64,000 bases of DNA from an uncultured Candidatus Saccharibacteria bacterium (GCA_964479005.1 CAYZJA010000001.1:96001-160000); one strand, 5' to 3'; positions 20,411 through 31,129 are shown, counted from the stretch's first letter. Notes: a model not told the origin generated them from the sequence alone. Numbers and translations are program-made.

Positions 20411-21183
20411 ATAAATTTATTGTTTTTAATTTTAAAATGGCCCCAGCATCTCTTGTAGAAGCAAAAGAAATTTTTCAAATTTTTAAAAAGTTTGCGCAAA
20501 AAACTAAGCCGAACAAAATAATTATAGCGCCGCCTTCTATCTATTTAGCAGAAGCGTCAGATGTTTTTCAAAAAGAATGCATCTTAGGGGCTCAAGATGT
20601 TTTTTGGTTTAATCGTAATTCTGCTACGGGAGAGATTTCACCTAAGATGTTAAAATCATTGGGTGTAGAATATATTATTGTTGGGCATTCTGAAAGACGA
20701 GAATATTTTAATGAAACTAACGAAATAATTAATTCTAAAATAAAAGCCTGTCTAAGTAATGATTTAACTCCGATTCTCTGTATTGGAGAAAAAGAGAGAA
20801 AAAAAGGGGATTGTTCTTTATCTTTCCGGATAAAAAAGATTCTTTTTGAACAATTAAATTATGCTCTAAGAGGCATTATTCTCGAGAAATCCACAGATTT
20901 AGTCATTACTTATGAGCCAGTTTGGGCTATTAGCGCTAATCAACCAAAAGAATTGGAAGATCCAGAAGAAATTGAAAAAACAATTAGTCTTATTCGTTTT
21001 TGGCTTGCCAGACGATTTTCAGAAAATATAGCAAAAAATATACATATTCTTTATGGCGGTTCAGTAGACTCACAGAATATTTCTTCTTTTTTGTCTTTGA
21101 AAGAAATTAACGGAGTTTTAGTTGGTCGAATGAGTACAAATAAAATAGGCCTTAAAAAACTTTTTAAAAAAATAATAAAATAA
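20407..21183 (+). CDS. tpiA: triosephosphate isomerase
   Basis: IVGHSERR, CIGE, YEPVWAIS motifs. Confidence 0.9.
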   Translation: MNKFIVFNFKMAPASLVEAKEIFQIFKKFAQKTKPNKIIIAPPSIYLAEASDVFQKECILGAQDVFWFNRNSATGEISPKMLKSLGVEYIIVGHSERREYFNETNEIINSKIKACLSNDLTPILCIGEKERKKGDCSLSFRIKKILFEQLNYALRGIILEKSTDLVITYEPVWAISANQPKELEDPEEIEKTISLIRFWLARRFSENIAKNIHILYGGSVDSQNISSFLSLKEINGVLVGRMSTNKIGLKKLFKKIIK

Positions 21184-21191
21184 ATAAAATT

Positions 21192-21761
21192 ATGGATAAG
21201 AAGTATATTATAATTATAGCTATCTTAATTATTGTTAGTGGAATTTTTGCTTCGCTTATGATTTATGAAAAATTGACAGGAGTAAACAAAATTGAACCAT
21301 TAGGGATAGCATCGGAAAATATTATAGTGGCAGGAGATGAAGAAGAAATAGTTCAGGTTATTACGCCAGCGACTGTAGATCAGGAGATAGAATTAGCAGC
21401 TAATTGTGATGCTTTTCCTGATATGTTAACATCTTGTACAAAATATAAATGTCAATTTATTCATCCATTTACTGGCGAGGATATGAAGAGAGAAATTTTG
21501 GGAATAATTGATGGAAAATGTAATTATATTGAGCAGATGCCTAATAGTGGGCAAATGGAATGTAAATATACAGAAAGTTTTAGAAAAGTTGTCGCTCAAT
21601 ATTATAGGGATATTGAATATGCAGAATCTATTGGATTTGAAATAGATATAGATTTAGGAAGTGAAGAGCAAGTAACAAAATATACTATAGACGGCAAAGA
21701 GGTAGCAAATCCTCTGCAAGAAGCGACAGACACTGGAATTTGTATTATCTCAGGCTATTAA
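21192..21761 (+). CDS. hypothetical secreted/membrane-anchored Cys-rich protein
   Basis: N-terminal TM helix, 8 Cys, no recognisable family. Confidence 0.4.
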   Translation: MDKKYIIIIAILIIVSGIFASLMIYEKLTGVNKIEPLGIASENIIVAGDEEEIVQVITPATVDQEIELAANCDAFPDMLTSCTKYKCQFIHPFTGEDMKREILGIIDGKCNYIEQMPNSGQMECKYTESFRKVVAQYYRDIEYAESIGFEIDIDLGSEEQVTKYTIDGKEVANPLQEATDTGICIISGY

Positions 21762-21863
21762 AGGATAAATTTTGACCAGATATATTTTGAGAGCAAGTGA
21801 TATTAATAAAATCCATAGAAGTTAAAAATAATAAAACAAAAATATAATAAAATAAATAAAATT

Positions 21864-22646
21864 ATGAATGAAAAAAAACAAAAACAGTTAATTGATACTT
21901 TAATAGTCTTCTTGGTAATTTTAGGTTTAGGTGTTTTGAGCTGGGGTTATTATAATTATCATCAAGCGCAAAGTATTATCAATGAAGGCGAGCATACGAT
22001 TTCTTTTACTGCCGAGGGAAAAGTTTTGGCTAAACCTGATATTGCGAAAATTACTTTTTATGTAATAAATCAAGGAGAAAAAGCTGAAACAGTGCAGAAA
22101 GAGAATAATGAAAGGATGCAAGAAGCTGTTACTTTTGTTAAAAATCAAGGAGTTGAAGATGACGATATTAGAACAGTTAGGTATAATTTAAACCCTGAAT
22201 ATGATTATACCTGGTGTAAAAAACCTGGTGAAAAACCTTATCCCTCTTGTCCTCCAAAAATTATTGGTTATAAATTAGATCAGGGTGTAGAAGTTAAAAT
22301 TAGAGATTTTGATAAAATTGATACAATTGTAGGAGGATTGTCTGAAAAAGGAGTGAATCAGATTTCCAATGTGAGTTTTGTTATTGATGATACTGAAAAC
22401 TACAAAAATGAGGCTCGTATTTTGGCATTGGACAAGGTAGAAAAAAGAGCTAAATTATTAGCGCAAAAAAGCTCAATTAAATTAGGAAAGATTATTGATA
22501 TTTCAGAAGGACAGGGCATTTACCCTGTTTATAGGGCTGCAACAATGGAAGCAGTGCCTGGTTCTTCCGATGAAATAACAGCTCCAATTGAACCTGGCAC
22601 AGAGGAAATTACTGTAACATTGACTGTTACCTACAAACTACGTTAA
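21864..22646 (+). CDS. SIMPL-domain (DUF541, BP26/YggE-like) periplasmic protein
   Basis: N-terminal TM; pattern ISFTAEGKV...PDIAKITF...RTVRYNLNPEY fits SIMPL. Confidence 0.5.
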   Translation: MNEKKQKQLIDTLIVFLVILGLGVLSWGYYNYHQAQSIINEGEHTISFTAEGKVLAKPDIAKITFYVINQGEKAETVQKENNERMQEAVTFVKNQGVEDDDIRTVRYNLNPEYDYTWCKKPGEKPYPSCPPKIIGYKLDQGVEVKIRDFDKIDTIVGGLSEKGVNQISNVSFVIDDTENYKNEARILALDKVEKRAKLLAQKSSIKLGKIIDISEGQGIYPVYRAATMEAVPGSSDEITAPIEPGTEEITVTLTVTYKLR

Positions 22647-22651
22647 GGGCA

Positions 22652-23836
22652 TTGAAGATATTTATGAAGTCCATTAGATCTGCAAATATTTTGGGTCAGC
22701 TTGTTTTAATGAGAGTGGATTTTAATATTCCTGTTAAAAATGGCAAGGTTTTAGATGATTTTCGTATTCAGCGCGTTTTACCGACCATTCAATTCTTAAG
22801 AGATAAAAAAGCGAAAAAGATTATCTTAATTTCTCATTTAGGTCAGCCAGATGCTAAAGACAGAGATAAACCAGAATTTAGTTTAGCTCCAATCGCGAGT
22901 CATTTAGAAAAATTAATTGGGGAAAGTGTATATTTTACAGCAATGTTAATTGGAAAAGGTCTAAAACAAGAAATTGAAAATCTACCAGATGGTTCCATAA
23001 TTCTTTTAGAGAACATTCGCTTTTATAAAGAAGAGAATCAGAATAATAAAAATTTTGCTAAACAATTAGCAAAAATAGCTGATATTTTTATTAATGAAGC
23101 TTTTTCAGTTTGTCATCGCAAGATAGCTTCTTTATGCGCAATAACAGAGTTCCTGCCTTCTTATGCAGGAATTTTGCTTGGAGAAGAGTTGGTTAATTTA
23201 AATAAACTTATTCAAAAACCGCAACATCCTTTAGTTGTAATTTTGGGCGGAGTTAAAATAAAAGACAAAATATCTGTTATAGAGAAATTTAAGAATAAAG
23301 CTGATTTCATTTTATTAGGCGGAGTTATGGCTAATACGTTTTTAAAGGCAAATGATTTTTCTATTGGTAAGTCACTTCATGATGAAGAATCTTTTACACA
23401 AGTGAAAGATTTAAACATTGGAAAAACAGAGTTGATTTTACCTGGTGACTTTGTGGTTTTAGATAAAAATAATCAAAAACAAATAAGAGAATTGGGGAAA
23501 ATAGCTGAAAATGATAAAATTCTTGATATTGGGCCAATAGCTTGTGATACTTTTTCTAAAATTATTTCTAAAGCAAAAACAGTATTTTTTAATGGTCCTA
23601 TGGGGAAATTTGAAGATAAAAGATTTTCTGATGGAACCAATAAGATTATTAATGCAGTTATTGAAAATAAATTAGCTTTTTCAGCAATAGGCGGAGGAGA
23701 AACTATTGCCTGTTTTAGATTTTTTAATTCCAAATTCCAAATTCCAAATTCTATATTCTTATCAACGGGCGGTGGGGCAATGCTTAAATATCTTGCTGGC
23801 GAATCTTTACCCGGCTTAGTAGCACTAAATAAATAA
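22652..23836 (+). CDS. pgk: phosphoglycerate kinase; carries an internal ccaaatt x3 microsatellite between the two GGG motifs
   Basis: RVDFNIP, SHLGQP, GGGE...STGGGAMLKYL motifs. Confidence 0.9.
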   Translation: MKIFMKSIRSANILGQLVLMRVDFNIPVKNGKVLDDFRIQRVLPTIQFLRDKKAKKIILISHLGQPDAKDRDKPEFSLAPIASHLEKLIGESVYFTAMLIGKGLKQEIENLPDGSIILLENIRFYKEENQNNKNFAKQLAKIADIFINEAFSVCHRKIASLCAITEFLPSYAGILLGEELVNLNKLIQKPQHPLVVILGGVKIKDKISVIEKFKNKADFILLGGVMANTFLKANDFSIGKSLHDEESFTQVKDLNIGKTELILPGDFVVLDKNNQKQIRELGKIAENDKILDIGPIACDTFSKIISKAKTVFFNGPMGKFEDKRFSDGTNKIINAVIENKLAFSAIGGGETIACFRFFNSKFQIPNSIFLSTGGGAMLKYLAGESLPGLVALNK

Positions 23837-23844
23837 CAATAAAA

Positions 23845-24684
23845 ATGTCTGATATTATAGTTTTTTATCATAAAAATTGTCAAGATGGACTTGCTTCTGC
23901 TTGGGTGGCTTGGAAAAAATTTAAAAATAAAGCAGAATACATAGCATTAAATTATCAAGATCCTTTTGATTATAATGTTAAAGGAAAAAAGATTTATTTT
24001 CTGGATGTAATTCCGAATAGAAAGATTTTAGAAAAACTGAAAAAAAGTGGTTGTGAAATTGTTATTATAGATCATCATTTAAGCGCTAAAAAGAACTTAG
24101 ATTTAGCATCTCCTGGTTCGTTTATTATTAGGCTTGATATGAGGCGTTCGGCAGCGGTTTTAACTTGGAAATACTTCTTTCCAAGGAAGAAAATTCCGAA
24201 GATATTGCTTTATGTAGAAGATATGGATTTATGGAACAATAAAAAGCGATTTAGCCGTGAAATTGTAGCATCTATAAGTTTATCAGACTTTGATTCTAAA
24301 AAGTGGGATAAATTAGTTGATGATATTGAGGATAATAAAAAAAGAAAAAAATACATATTAAGAGGAAAAGAGATTGTTAAACATGAAGATGAAATGATAA
24401 AAGAGATTGTGCAAAAGGCAAAAAAGATTAAAATGGGGAAAATAAAAACCTTAGTCGTTAATTCTTCAGTCTTAATTTCTCAGATAGGGGGTGTTTTAAT
24501 AAAACAATTGCCTCCAATGGCAATAATATGGTTTGAGGCAGGAGATTTTAAAAGAATATCTTTGCGCTCTAATGGGGAGGTCGATGTTTCAAAAATAGCA
24601 GAAAAATATGGCGGCGGAGGGCATAAACGTGCAGCAGGTTTTGCTATTAAATCAAAAGATCCTTTTCCGTGGGAAAAGAATTAA
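23845..24684 (+). CDS. DHH/DHHA1 family phosphoesterase (NrnA-like nanoRNase / pAp phosphatase)
   Basis: IIDHH motif; GGGGH of the DHHA1 domain. Confidence 0.7.
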   Translation: MSDIIVFYHKNCQDGLASAWVAWKKFKNKAEYIALNYQDPFDYNVKGKKIYFLDVIPNRKILEKLKKSGCEIVIIDHHLSAKKNLDLASPGSFIIRLDMRRSAAVLTWKYFFPRKKIPKILLYVEDMDLWNNKKRFSREIVASISLSDFDSKKWDKLVDDIEDNKKRKKYILRGKEIVKHEDEMIKEIVQKAKKIKMGKIKTLVVNSSVLISQIGGVLIKQLPPMAIIWFEAGDFKRISLRSNGEVDVSKIAEKYGGGGHKRAAGFAIKSKDPFPWEKN

Positions 24685-24688
24685 TTTT

Positions 24689-25126
24689 ATGAAAGAAAAA
24701 ATAGATAATAAATTGGAAGTTTATACTGATGGAGGAGCAAGAAATAATCCCGGACCAGCAGGAATCGGGGTTGTTATTGGTGATAAAGAATACGCTGAAT
24801 ATATAGGCAAAGCGACTAATAATATAGCTGAGTATAAGGCGGTTATTTTTGCTTTAAAAAAAACCAAACATTTATTAGGAAAATCAAAGCTTAAAAACAC
24901 CGAGGTAATTGTTAATATTGATTCGTTATTAGTAGTAAACCAACTAAATGGGGAATATAAGATTTTAGAAAAAGAACTTCAACTGCTTTTTATGGAAATA
25001 TGGAATTTAAAATTTAATTTCCCCTATTTAAGATTCAATTATATACCAAGAGAAGAAAACAAAAAGGCTGATCATTTAGTTAATCAGGCTATTGATACAC
25101 GCAGCCAAAACACATTAAATTTGTAA
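24689..25126 (+). CDS. rnhA: ribonuclease HI
   Basis: VYTDGGARNNPGPAGIGVV...NNIAEYKAVIFAL...ADHLVNQAI. Confidence 0.85.
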   Translation: MKEKIDNKLEVYTDGGARNNPGPAGIGVVIGDKEYAEYIGKATNNIAEYKAVIFALKKTKHLLGKSKLKNTEVIVNIDSLLVVNQLNGEYKILEKELQLLFMEIWNLKFNFPYLRFNYIPREENKKADHLVNQAIDTRSQNTLNL

Positions 25127-25160
25127 AAAAAATCGTCCCGTTTAGCGAGACGATTTTTAT
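25125..25160. terminator. bidirectional intrinsic terminator shared by rnhA (+) and rnpB (-)
   Basis: A-run, hairpin atcgtcccg...cgagacgat, T-run. Confidence 0.6.
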
Positions 25161-25167
25161 CTATTGA

Positions 25168-25586
25168 CGATTGAACCTATAAGCCGAATTCTGTATCCTG
25201 TTAAACAGGACGATAGTCATTTATCTAGCCCTGAAATTACTCTCAGGGTCAAGCGGCCACTTTCTGACAAATGTCAGAACACGAGCCTTGCACCCAGTAA
25301 GGATTTAGCCGTTTCATTCTTGAAATTGCTTTCAAGACTCACCCTAATTAAAAAATAATTAGGGTGTTTTGAACTTTTCAGTTCAAAACGTCTCTGTTCG
25401 CACCTCTATTCCAGTTGTAAATCCGTCATTAGCGTTACCGCTAAGAGGCAAAAACTGGAGCGATAGCTGTTAGCTATTACCTTTTACCAACTTTGTTTTA
25501 GGCAAAATTGGTGGTGTTCGGACTTTCCTCCCCGCCTAAGTTTTGCGAACAAAATTTTGGCGGGGTAACTACCCAGTTCAATCGAG
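25168..25586 (-). ncRNA. rnpB: RNase P RNA (bacterial type)
   Basis: Minus strand reads ...GGGGAGGAAAGTCCGAACACC (P4 5' strand) and ...ACAGAATTCGGCTTATAGGTTCAATCG (P4 3' strand + P1); P1 pairing CGATTGAAC/GTTCAATCG; P3 hairpin ACCCCGCC...GGCGGGG; ~420 nt. Confidence 0.85.
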
Positions 25587-25652
25587 AATTATTATACACC
25601 TTTTTTTTGATTAATTCAAGGATTTATAGTAAGATAAAAAAAACAAGGAATA

Positions 25653-27344
25653 ATGATGAAAAATAAAAAAGTTCTGTTTATTTTTATATTAAGCTTATCA
25701 CTTGTAGGTTTAATTTTTTTTGCCGGGCAGAAAATAGTTAAATATAACAATACCAGTAAACAAATTATCAGTTTTTTAAGAGAAAATAATCTAGAAAAAG
25801 CAGTTAATTTAATTAACAATAAACCAGTTCTTAATGAAAACTTTTCTTTTTTGCCTGTAATTGGGCAGGGGATTGAATTAAGACGATGCTTAGAAAGGAT
25901 TGATAATAATTTAAAAGAAATAAATAGCGGATTTTTACTTGCTTCAATGTTCCAACAAGATAAAGATTCATTGTTTTTTCTGCAAGGAATCTATAAAGAT
26001 TTAGATTATTTGAATAGATACAATATAGATTATATAAACAACCAAAAACACTATTTAGAAAATTGGCTTTTGTTTTTTGGAGATAATAAGCCAAAGAATT
26101 ATCTTGTTTTATTTCAGGAAACAGCGATACCAAGGCCTACAGGTGGTTTCATTGGGGCTTATGTGATTTTATCTTTTAATGAAGGAAAGATAGAATTTTC
26201 AGGAAATAATATTTTTGCTTTGGAGGAAACTTTTTTAGAGAAGATTATTCCGCCTGACCCCTTGCAATCTATTAGTGATAAATGGTTTTTTCATGACAGC
26301 AATTGGTTTTTTGATTATCCTTCCAGCGGACAAAAAATATTAAATTTTTATTCAAATACAGGAAATAAGCCCTTATTGGACGGAGTGATAGTTGTTAATT
26401 CTTCTGTCTTAAACAATCTTTTAGAAGTTATTGGACCAATAAGAGTTGATAATTACGATTCAATTATTGATCAAAGTAATTTTTATTCTTTTTTTAAAGA
26501 CCAAATTCAAGAAGGAGCTAAACCTGCTCCTATGCGCGAACAATCGGAGTTTTTTTCAGTATTTTTTCAAGCTTTGCAAACAAAATTGAGAAAGGTTTCT
26601 CCTCAAGTGCTTTCCCAGATTCCAGATATTTTAACAAATAATTTTACAAAAAAGGAGATTCAACTTTATGTTATTGATGACAAATTGGAATATTTTTTCG
26701 ATTCTTTAAATTGGACGGGGAAAATAGAAGAAAGCAAAGATGATTACCTGGGAGTTTCTTTTAATCTTCTTAATCAGAATTTTTCTGAGGATATAAGAGG
26801 CAAAACAATAGAGTTAAAAACCGAGTTTGTTTCTAATGGGCAAATAATAAATACTTTAATAATCGATGTTCCTTCCCATTATTCTATGGATAGAACTCAG
26901 GAAACTTATCTAAAAATTTATCTTCCTAAAGGAATAATAATTGAAAAGGCAGAAAACGGTTATTTAAAAAATAATAAAGATATTTCCTCGTATTATAAAA
27001 AATTAGGATACAAAGAGGACGATGATTTGTTTTTAATAGAGAAAACGAAAATAAGAAATGATAGTCTCGGAATTGAAATTTATGAGGAAGGAGGAAAAAC
27101 AGTGGTTGGTACTTGGACAAAATTATCAATAAAACCTTTTAGGCTGGTTTATAAATTGCCTTTTGATTGGACTGATTTTTCGTCATGGGAATTAAAAATC
27201 CAAAAACAAAGTGGGCAGAATGTAAAATTTTCTTATCAATTTGCTATGCCTGATAATGTGAAAATTATTCCCACCCTTTTCCCTTTTAATAAATTTGTTT
27301 CATTGGAAAAAGATATGGTTCTTGAATTTGAAAGAGAATATTAA
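25653..27344 (+). CDS. large membrane-anchored extracytoplasmic protein, possibly DUF4012 family
   Basis: N-terminal TM; the PRPTGGFIGAYVIL motif resembles the DUF4012 signature (from memory only). Confidence 0.4.
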   Translation: MMKNKKVLFIFILSLSLVGLIFFAGQKIVKYNNTSKQIISFLRENNLEKAVNLINNKPVLNENFSFLPVIGQGIELRRCLERIDNNLKEINSGFLLASMFQQDKDSLFFLQGIYKDLDYLNRYNIDYINNQKHYLENWLLFFGDNKPKNYLVLFQETAIPRPTGGFIGAYVILSFNEGKIEFSGNNIFALEETFLEKIIPPDPLQSISDKWFFHDSNWFFDYPSSGQKILNFYSNTGNKPLLDGVIVVNSSVLNNLLEVIGPIRVDNYDSIIDQSNFYSFFKDQIQEGAKPAPMREQSEFFSVFFQALQTKLRKVSPQVLSQIPDILTNNFTKKEIQLYVIDDKLEYFFDSLNWTGKIEESKDDYLGVSFNLLNQNFSEDIRGKTIELKTEFVSNGQIINTLIIDVPSHYSMDRTQETYLKIYLPKGIIIEKAENGYLKNNKDISSYYKKLGYKEDDDLFLIEKTKIRNDSLGIEIYEEGGKTVVGTWTKLSIKPFRLVYKLPFDWTDFSSWELKIQKQSGQNVKFSYQFAMPDNVKIIPTLFPFNKFVSLEKDMVLEFEREY

Positions 27345-27355
27345 TTAAATTTACA

Positions 27356-28951
27356 ATGGCTAGTTTTAGAAAAATATTAAACCATAAATCTGAAACAATT
27401 TTTGGTGCTGCAATGCTAATGAGCAGTTTGACATTGTTTGGCGCTTTTTTGGGTATTTTGAGAAACGCACTTTTGGCTAGCCGCTTTGGAGCTTCTGGAA
27501 ATTTAGATATCTATTATGCTTCTTTCCGTTTGCCTGATATGATCTATAATATTTTTATTATGGGCGCTATTTCTGCTGCTTTCATTCCTGTTTTTAGCCA
27601 GTACTGGGCAAAAGATGAAAAAAAAGCATGGCAATTTTCTAATGCCATCCTTTTAATTATTGGTTCTTTTGTTGGGACATTAGCTCTATTAGTCGCGATA
27701 TTTACAAAGCCTCTTTTATCCCGCCTTTTAGTGGGCTTTAGTCCTGATCAATTAGCAATAGCTGTTACCTTGACAAGAATTATGATGATTCAGCCTATCT
27801 TAATGGGAATTTCTTCTGTTGCTGCGAGTATTTTAAAAATATTTAAATTATTTTTAGCCAGCGCCTTGGCGCCCTTAGTTTATAATTTAGGAATAATAAT
27901 CGGCATTCTTTTTTTAGTTCCATCAATGGGCTTAAAAGGATTAGCATGGGGAGTGGTTTTAGGGGCTTTATTGCATGTTTTAGTCCAAATTCCAGTCCTT
28001 TTTGGAACAGGTTATAAATTTACTTTTAATTTCTCTATTTTTAGGGAGTTAGATAATGGTCTAAAAAAAGTGGTTTTAATGATGGTTCCTCGTTCCTTAG
28101 GGATTATTGCTTATCAGGTTTTTCTTTTGGGTATTACTGCCATAGCCAGTATGTTAAGAGAGGGAAGTATTGCTGTATTTAATTTTGCTAACGATATTCA
28201 GAATTTGCCTCAAACAGTTTTTGCATTGTCTTTTGCTGTTGCCGCTTTTCCAAGTTTATCAAAGTTAAACGTTGAAAAAAGATATAAAGATTTTGTTAAA
28301 ACTTCTTTTGATACTCTTCTACAAATTTTCTTTTTCCTTATCCCTATAGCTGTTTGGTTTTTCATTTTCCGCGAACCTATTATTCGATTTTTATTGGGGT
28401 ATGGAAAATTTGATTGGACTTCTACGGTGAAAACGATACAAGTTTTTTCGGTTCTTTCTTTTGGAATGATTTTTCAAGGTGTTAACGCTTTTCTCTTGAG
28501 AGTATTTTTTGCAAAAGGAGATGCTTTAAAGCCATTTATTGCCAGTGTGATTTCTTATTCAACAGGATTCTTTTTGTGCTATAAATTAGGAATATCTTTT
28601 GGAGTAGTTGGTCTAGCCATTGCAGTAGCAATTACCTATCTTTTTTATTTTCTTATTCTTTTTCTTTTATTAAAAGCATATGTTCCTATTTCTTTATTGA
28701 AAAAGTTTTATTATTCTTTAGGGAAAATAACCATTGTTTCTCTATCAAGCGGAATAGTGGCTTATTTATTCTTTGCTTTTCTTAAGGGAATCTTTTCTAT
28801 AGATAAAGTAATCAATTTGGCATTGTGCGCTTGCGTCGCTTTTATAATTTCTTTTGCCGTGTTTGTAGTTCTTTGTAATTGGTTTAAGATTAAAGAAATA
28901 GATGAATTAAAAAGAGTTGTTCTTCAAAAAATATATGGAGCAAAAGAATAA
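27356..28951 (+). CDS. murJ: lipid II flippase MurJ (MviN)
   Basis: 14-TM protein with the MurJ N-terminal signature SRFGASGNLDIYYASFRLPD. Confidence 0.85.
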   Translation: MASFRKILNHKSETIFGAAMLMSSLTLFGAFLGILRNALLASRFGASGNLDIYYASFRLPDMIYNIFIMGAISAAFIPVFSQYWAKDEKKAWQFSNAILLIIGSFVGTLALLVAIFTKPLLSRLLVGFSPDQLAIAVTLTRIMMIQPILMGISSVAASILKIFKLFLASALAPLVYNLGIIIGILFLVPSMGLKGLAWGVVLGALLHVLVQIPVLFGTGYKFTFNFSIFRELDNGLKKVVLMMVPRSLGIIAYQVFLLGITAIASMLREGSIAVFNFANDIQNLPQTVFALSFAVAAFPSLSKLNVEKRYKDFVKTSFDTLLQIFFFLIPIAVWFFIFREPIIRFLLGYGKFDWTSTVKTIQVFSVLSFGMIFQGVNAFLLRVFFAKGDALKPFIASVISYSTGFFLCYKLGISFGVVGLAIAVAITYLFYFLILFLLLKAYVPISLLKKFYYSLGKITIVSLSSGIVAYLFFAFLKGIFSIDKVINLALCACVAFIISFAVFVVLCNWFKIKEIDELKRVVLQKIYGAKE

Positions 28952-30722
28952 GAATATTAGAAATTTTGTTATAATTGCGCATATAGATCATGGTAAGTCT
29001 ACTTTGGCTGATAGATTTTTGGAAATAACAAATACTATTTCCCAGAATAAACTAACACCACAATACTTGGATGGGATGGCTTTAGAAAAAGAACACGGGA
29101 TTACTATTAAAATGCATCCTGTTCAGATGAATTATAATGGTTTTATTTTAAATCTTATCGATACTCCCGGTCATGTAGATTTTACTTATGAAGTTTCCCG
29201 CGCTTTAGCTGCTGTAGAAGGGGCTATATTATTAGTTGATGGTATTCAAGGGATTCAAGCGCAGACACTTTCTAATCTCCAATTAGCTAAGGAGCAAAAA
29301 TTGAAAATTATTGGCGCTATTAATAAGATTGATTTAGATATTCATGATTTAGAAAACAGGAAAAAAGAACTAGCAGATTTATTAAATATAACAAGTGATG
29401 ATATTATTCTTGTTTCTGCTAAGACAGGTGAAAATGTGGATTTATTATTGAAAAAAATCATTTCTGAGATTCCTGAACCAGTTATTAATGAAAAATTACC
29501 TTTTCGCGCTTTAATTTTTGATTCCCATTATGATTATTATAAAGGAGTAATAGCTTATGTTCGCGTTGTAGAAGGTGAAATTAAAAAAAGGGAAAAGATT
29601 ATTTTTGCTGCAAGTAAAACAAAAGGTGATATTGTAGATTTGGGTTATTTTGCTCCAGAATTAAGACCAAAGGAAAGCTTGAAATCTGGAGAAATAGGAT
29701 GGATAGCCACTGGTTTAAAAAATCCAGGATTAGTGAGAGTGGGTGATACAATAACCAAAAAACTGCCAATAGAGATTTTGCCAGGATATAAAGAACCAAA
29801 ACCAATGGTATTTGCCGGTTTCTATTTGGCTAAAGGTGGTCAGGATTTTGAGAATTTTCGTTATTCTTTATCCCAATTAAAATTAAATGATTCTGCTATC
29901 TATTTTATTCCCGAAAATTCGGAAGTATTGGGAAGAGGTTATCGTTTAGGATTTTTAGGAATGTTGCACTTAAAAATTACACAAGAGCGGCTTAAAGATG
30001 AATATGGGTTAGATTTGATTATTACTCATCCCACTGTACCGTACAAAGTTTTGTTAAAAGGCGATAAGGCGCCAAAGATTATTACTAATCCAAGTAAATG
30101 GCCACTTTCAGATGAAATTCTTTATTGTGAAGAACCTTGGGCAAAAATGGAAATTATCACACCTTTAGAATATTTATCAGTAATTTTGAAACTTATTAAC
30201 GACTCTCGTGGTCAGGATATAAATACGCTTAGTCTTTCAGATAGGCTGATAATTACTTGCCAGATTCCTTTAGAAGAGGTCATCAAAGATTTTTATGATA
30301 ATTTAAAATCTATCTCTTCGGGATATGCTTCTTTAAATTATGAAATATCTGGATATAAAAAGACTCAATTAGAAAAATTGGAAGTAATTTTAGCGGGAAA
30401 AACATTCCAAAGTTTGTCTAGAATAATTTTTGAAAAAAAGGCAGAAAAGGAAGCTAGGAGTTTGGCCTTAAAACTTAAAAAGATTCTATTACGCCAGAAT
30501 TATCCAGTTTCTATTCAGGTAAGAGCGTTTGGGAGAATTGTTGCCAGGGAAACTTTATCAGCGTTAAAAAAGGATGTGACGGCAGGCCTTTATGGAGGCG
30601 ATAGAACAAGAAAGATAAAAGTTTTGAAAAGACAACAAAAAGGAAAAAAAAGATTGTTGGATAAAGCTAATCTTCAGGTTCCCCCAGAAGTTTTTCTTAA
30701 GATTTTTTCTAAATCCGATTAA
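28935..30722 (+). CDS. lepA: elongation factor 4 (LepA); start chosen at MEQKNKNIRNF
   Basis: IIAHIDHGKSTLADRFL; DTPGHVDF; conserved LepA C-terminal domain. Confidence 0.95.
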   Translation: MEQKNKNIRNFVIIAHIDHGKSTLADRFLEITNTISQNKLTPQYLDGMALEKEHGITIKMHPVQMNYNGFILNLIDTPGHVDFTYEVSRALAAVEGAILLVDGIQGIQAQTLSNLQLAKEQKLKIIGAINKIDLDIHDLENRKKELADLLNITSDDIILVSAKTGENVDLLLKKIISEIPEPVINEKLPFRALIFDSHYDYYKGVIAYVRVVEGEIKKREKIIFAASKTKGDIVDLGYFAPELRPKESLKSGEIGWIATGLKNPGLVRVGDTITKKLPIEILPGYKEPKPMVFAGFYLAKGGQDFENFRYSLSQLKLNDSAIYFIPENSEVLGRGYRLGFLGMLHLKITQERLKDEYGLDLIITHPTVPYKVLLKGDKAPKIITNPSKWPLSDEILYCEEPWAKMEIITPLEYLSVILKLINDSRGQDINTLSLSDRLIITCQIPLEEVIKDFYDNLKSISSGYASLNYEISGYKKTQLEKLEVILAGKTFQSLSRIIFEKKAEKEARSLALKLKKILLRQNYPVSIQVRAFGRIVARETLSALKKDVTAGLYGGDRTRKIKVLKRQQKGKKRLLDKANLQVPPEVFLKIFSKSD

Positions 30723-30731
30723 AATTAAAAT

Positions 30732-31124
30732 ATGAAAAAATTATTATTGATTATAATTAGTTTAGCTCTTATTCTTCTCTTTTCATCAAGGATTAGGGAG
30801 GATTTGCAGACATATCGATTATTAACTGATGAAGTAAAAAGCCTAGAGCAAACAAAAGGCAATATTGAAAAAGAGAGGGAAAAGACTGAGCAACTTTTGG
30901 AAAAGGAAAAGCAAGAAGAGACACTTGAGCAGGCAGCGCGTTTAATGTTAGGACTTAAAAAAAGCGGGGAAGAAGTTATAATGATTTTACCTCCTAAAAA
31001 TTCTTCTGATTCCGAACTTCAAATTAGTACTTCTTCTGATGTTTTACCTGAAAAATCTTTTAATTCCTTTTTTTCCAAAATTTCTCAAATTTGGTATAAT
31101 TTAATAAGAAAATTAAAAAAATAG
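30732..31124 (+). CDS. FtsB/DivIC-like septum formation initiator (TM + coiled coil)
   Basis: N-terminal TM, Glu/Lys coiled coil, C-terminal LGLKKSGEEVIMI resembling the FtsB/DivIC motif. Confidence 0.4.
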   Translation: MKKLLLIIISLALILLFSSRIREDLQTYRLLTDEVKSLEQTKGNIEKEREKTEQLLEKEKQEETLEQAARLMLGLKKSGEEVIMILPPKNSSDSELQISTSSDVLPEKSFNSFFSKISQIWYNLIRKLKK

Positions 31125-31129
31125 ACGTT

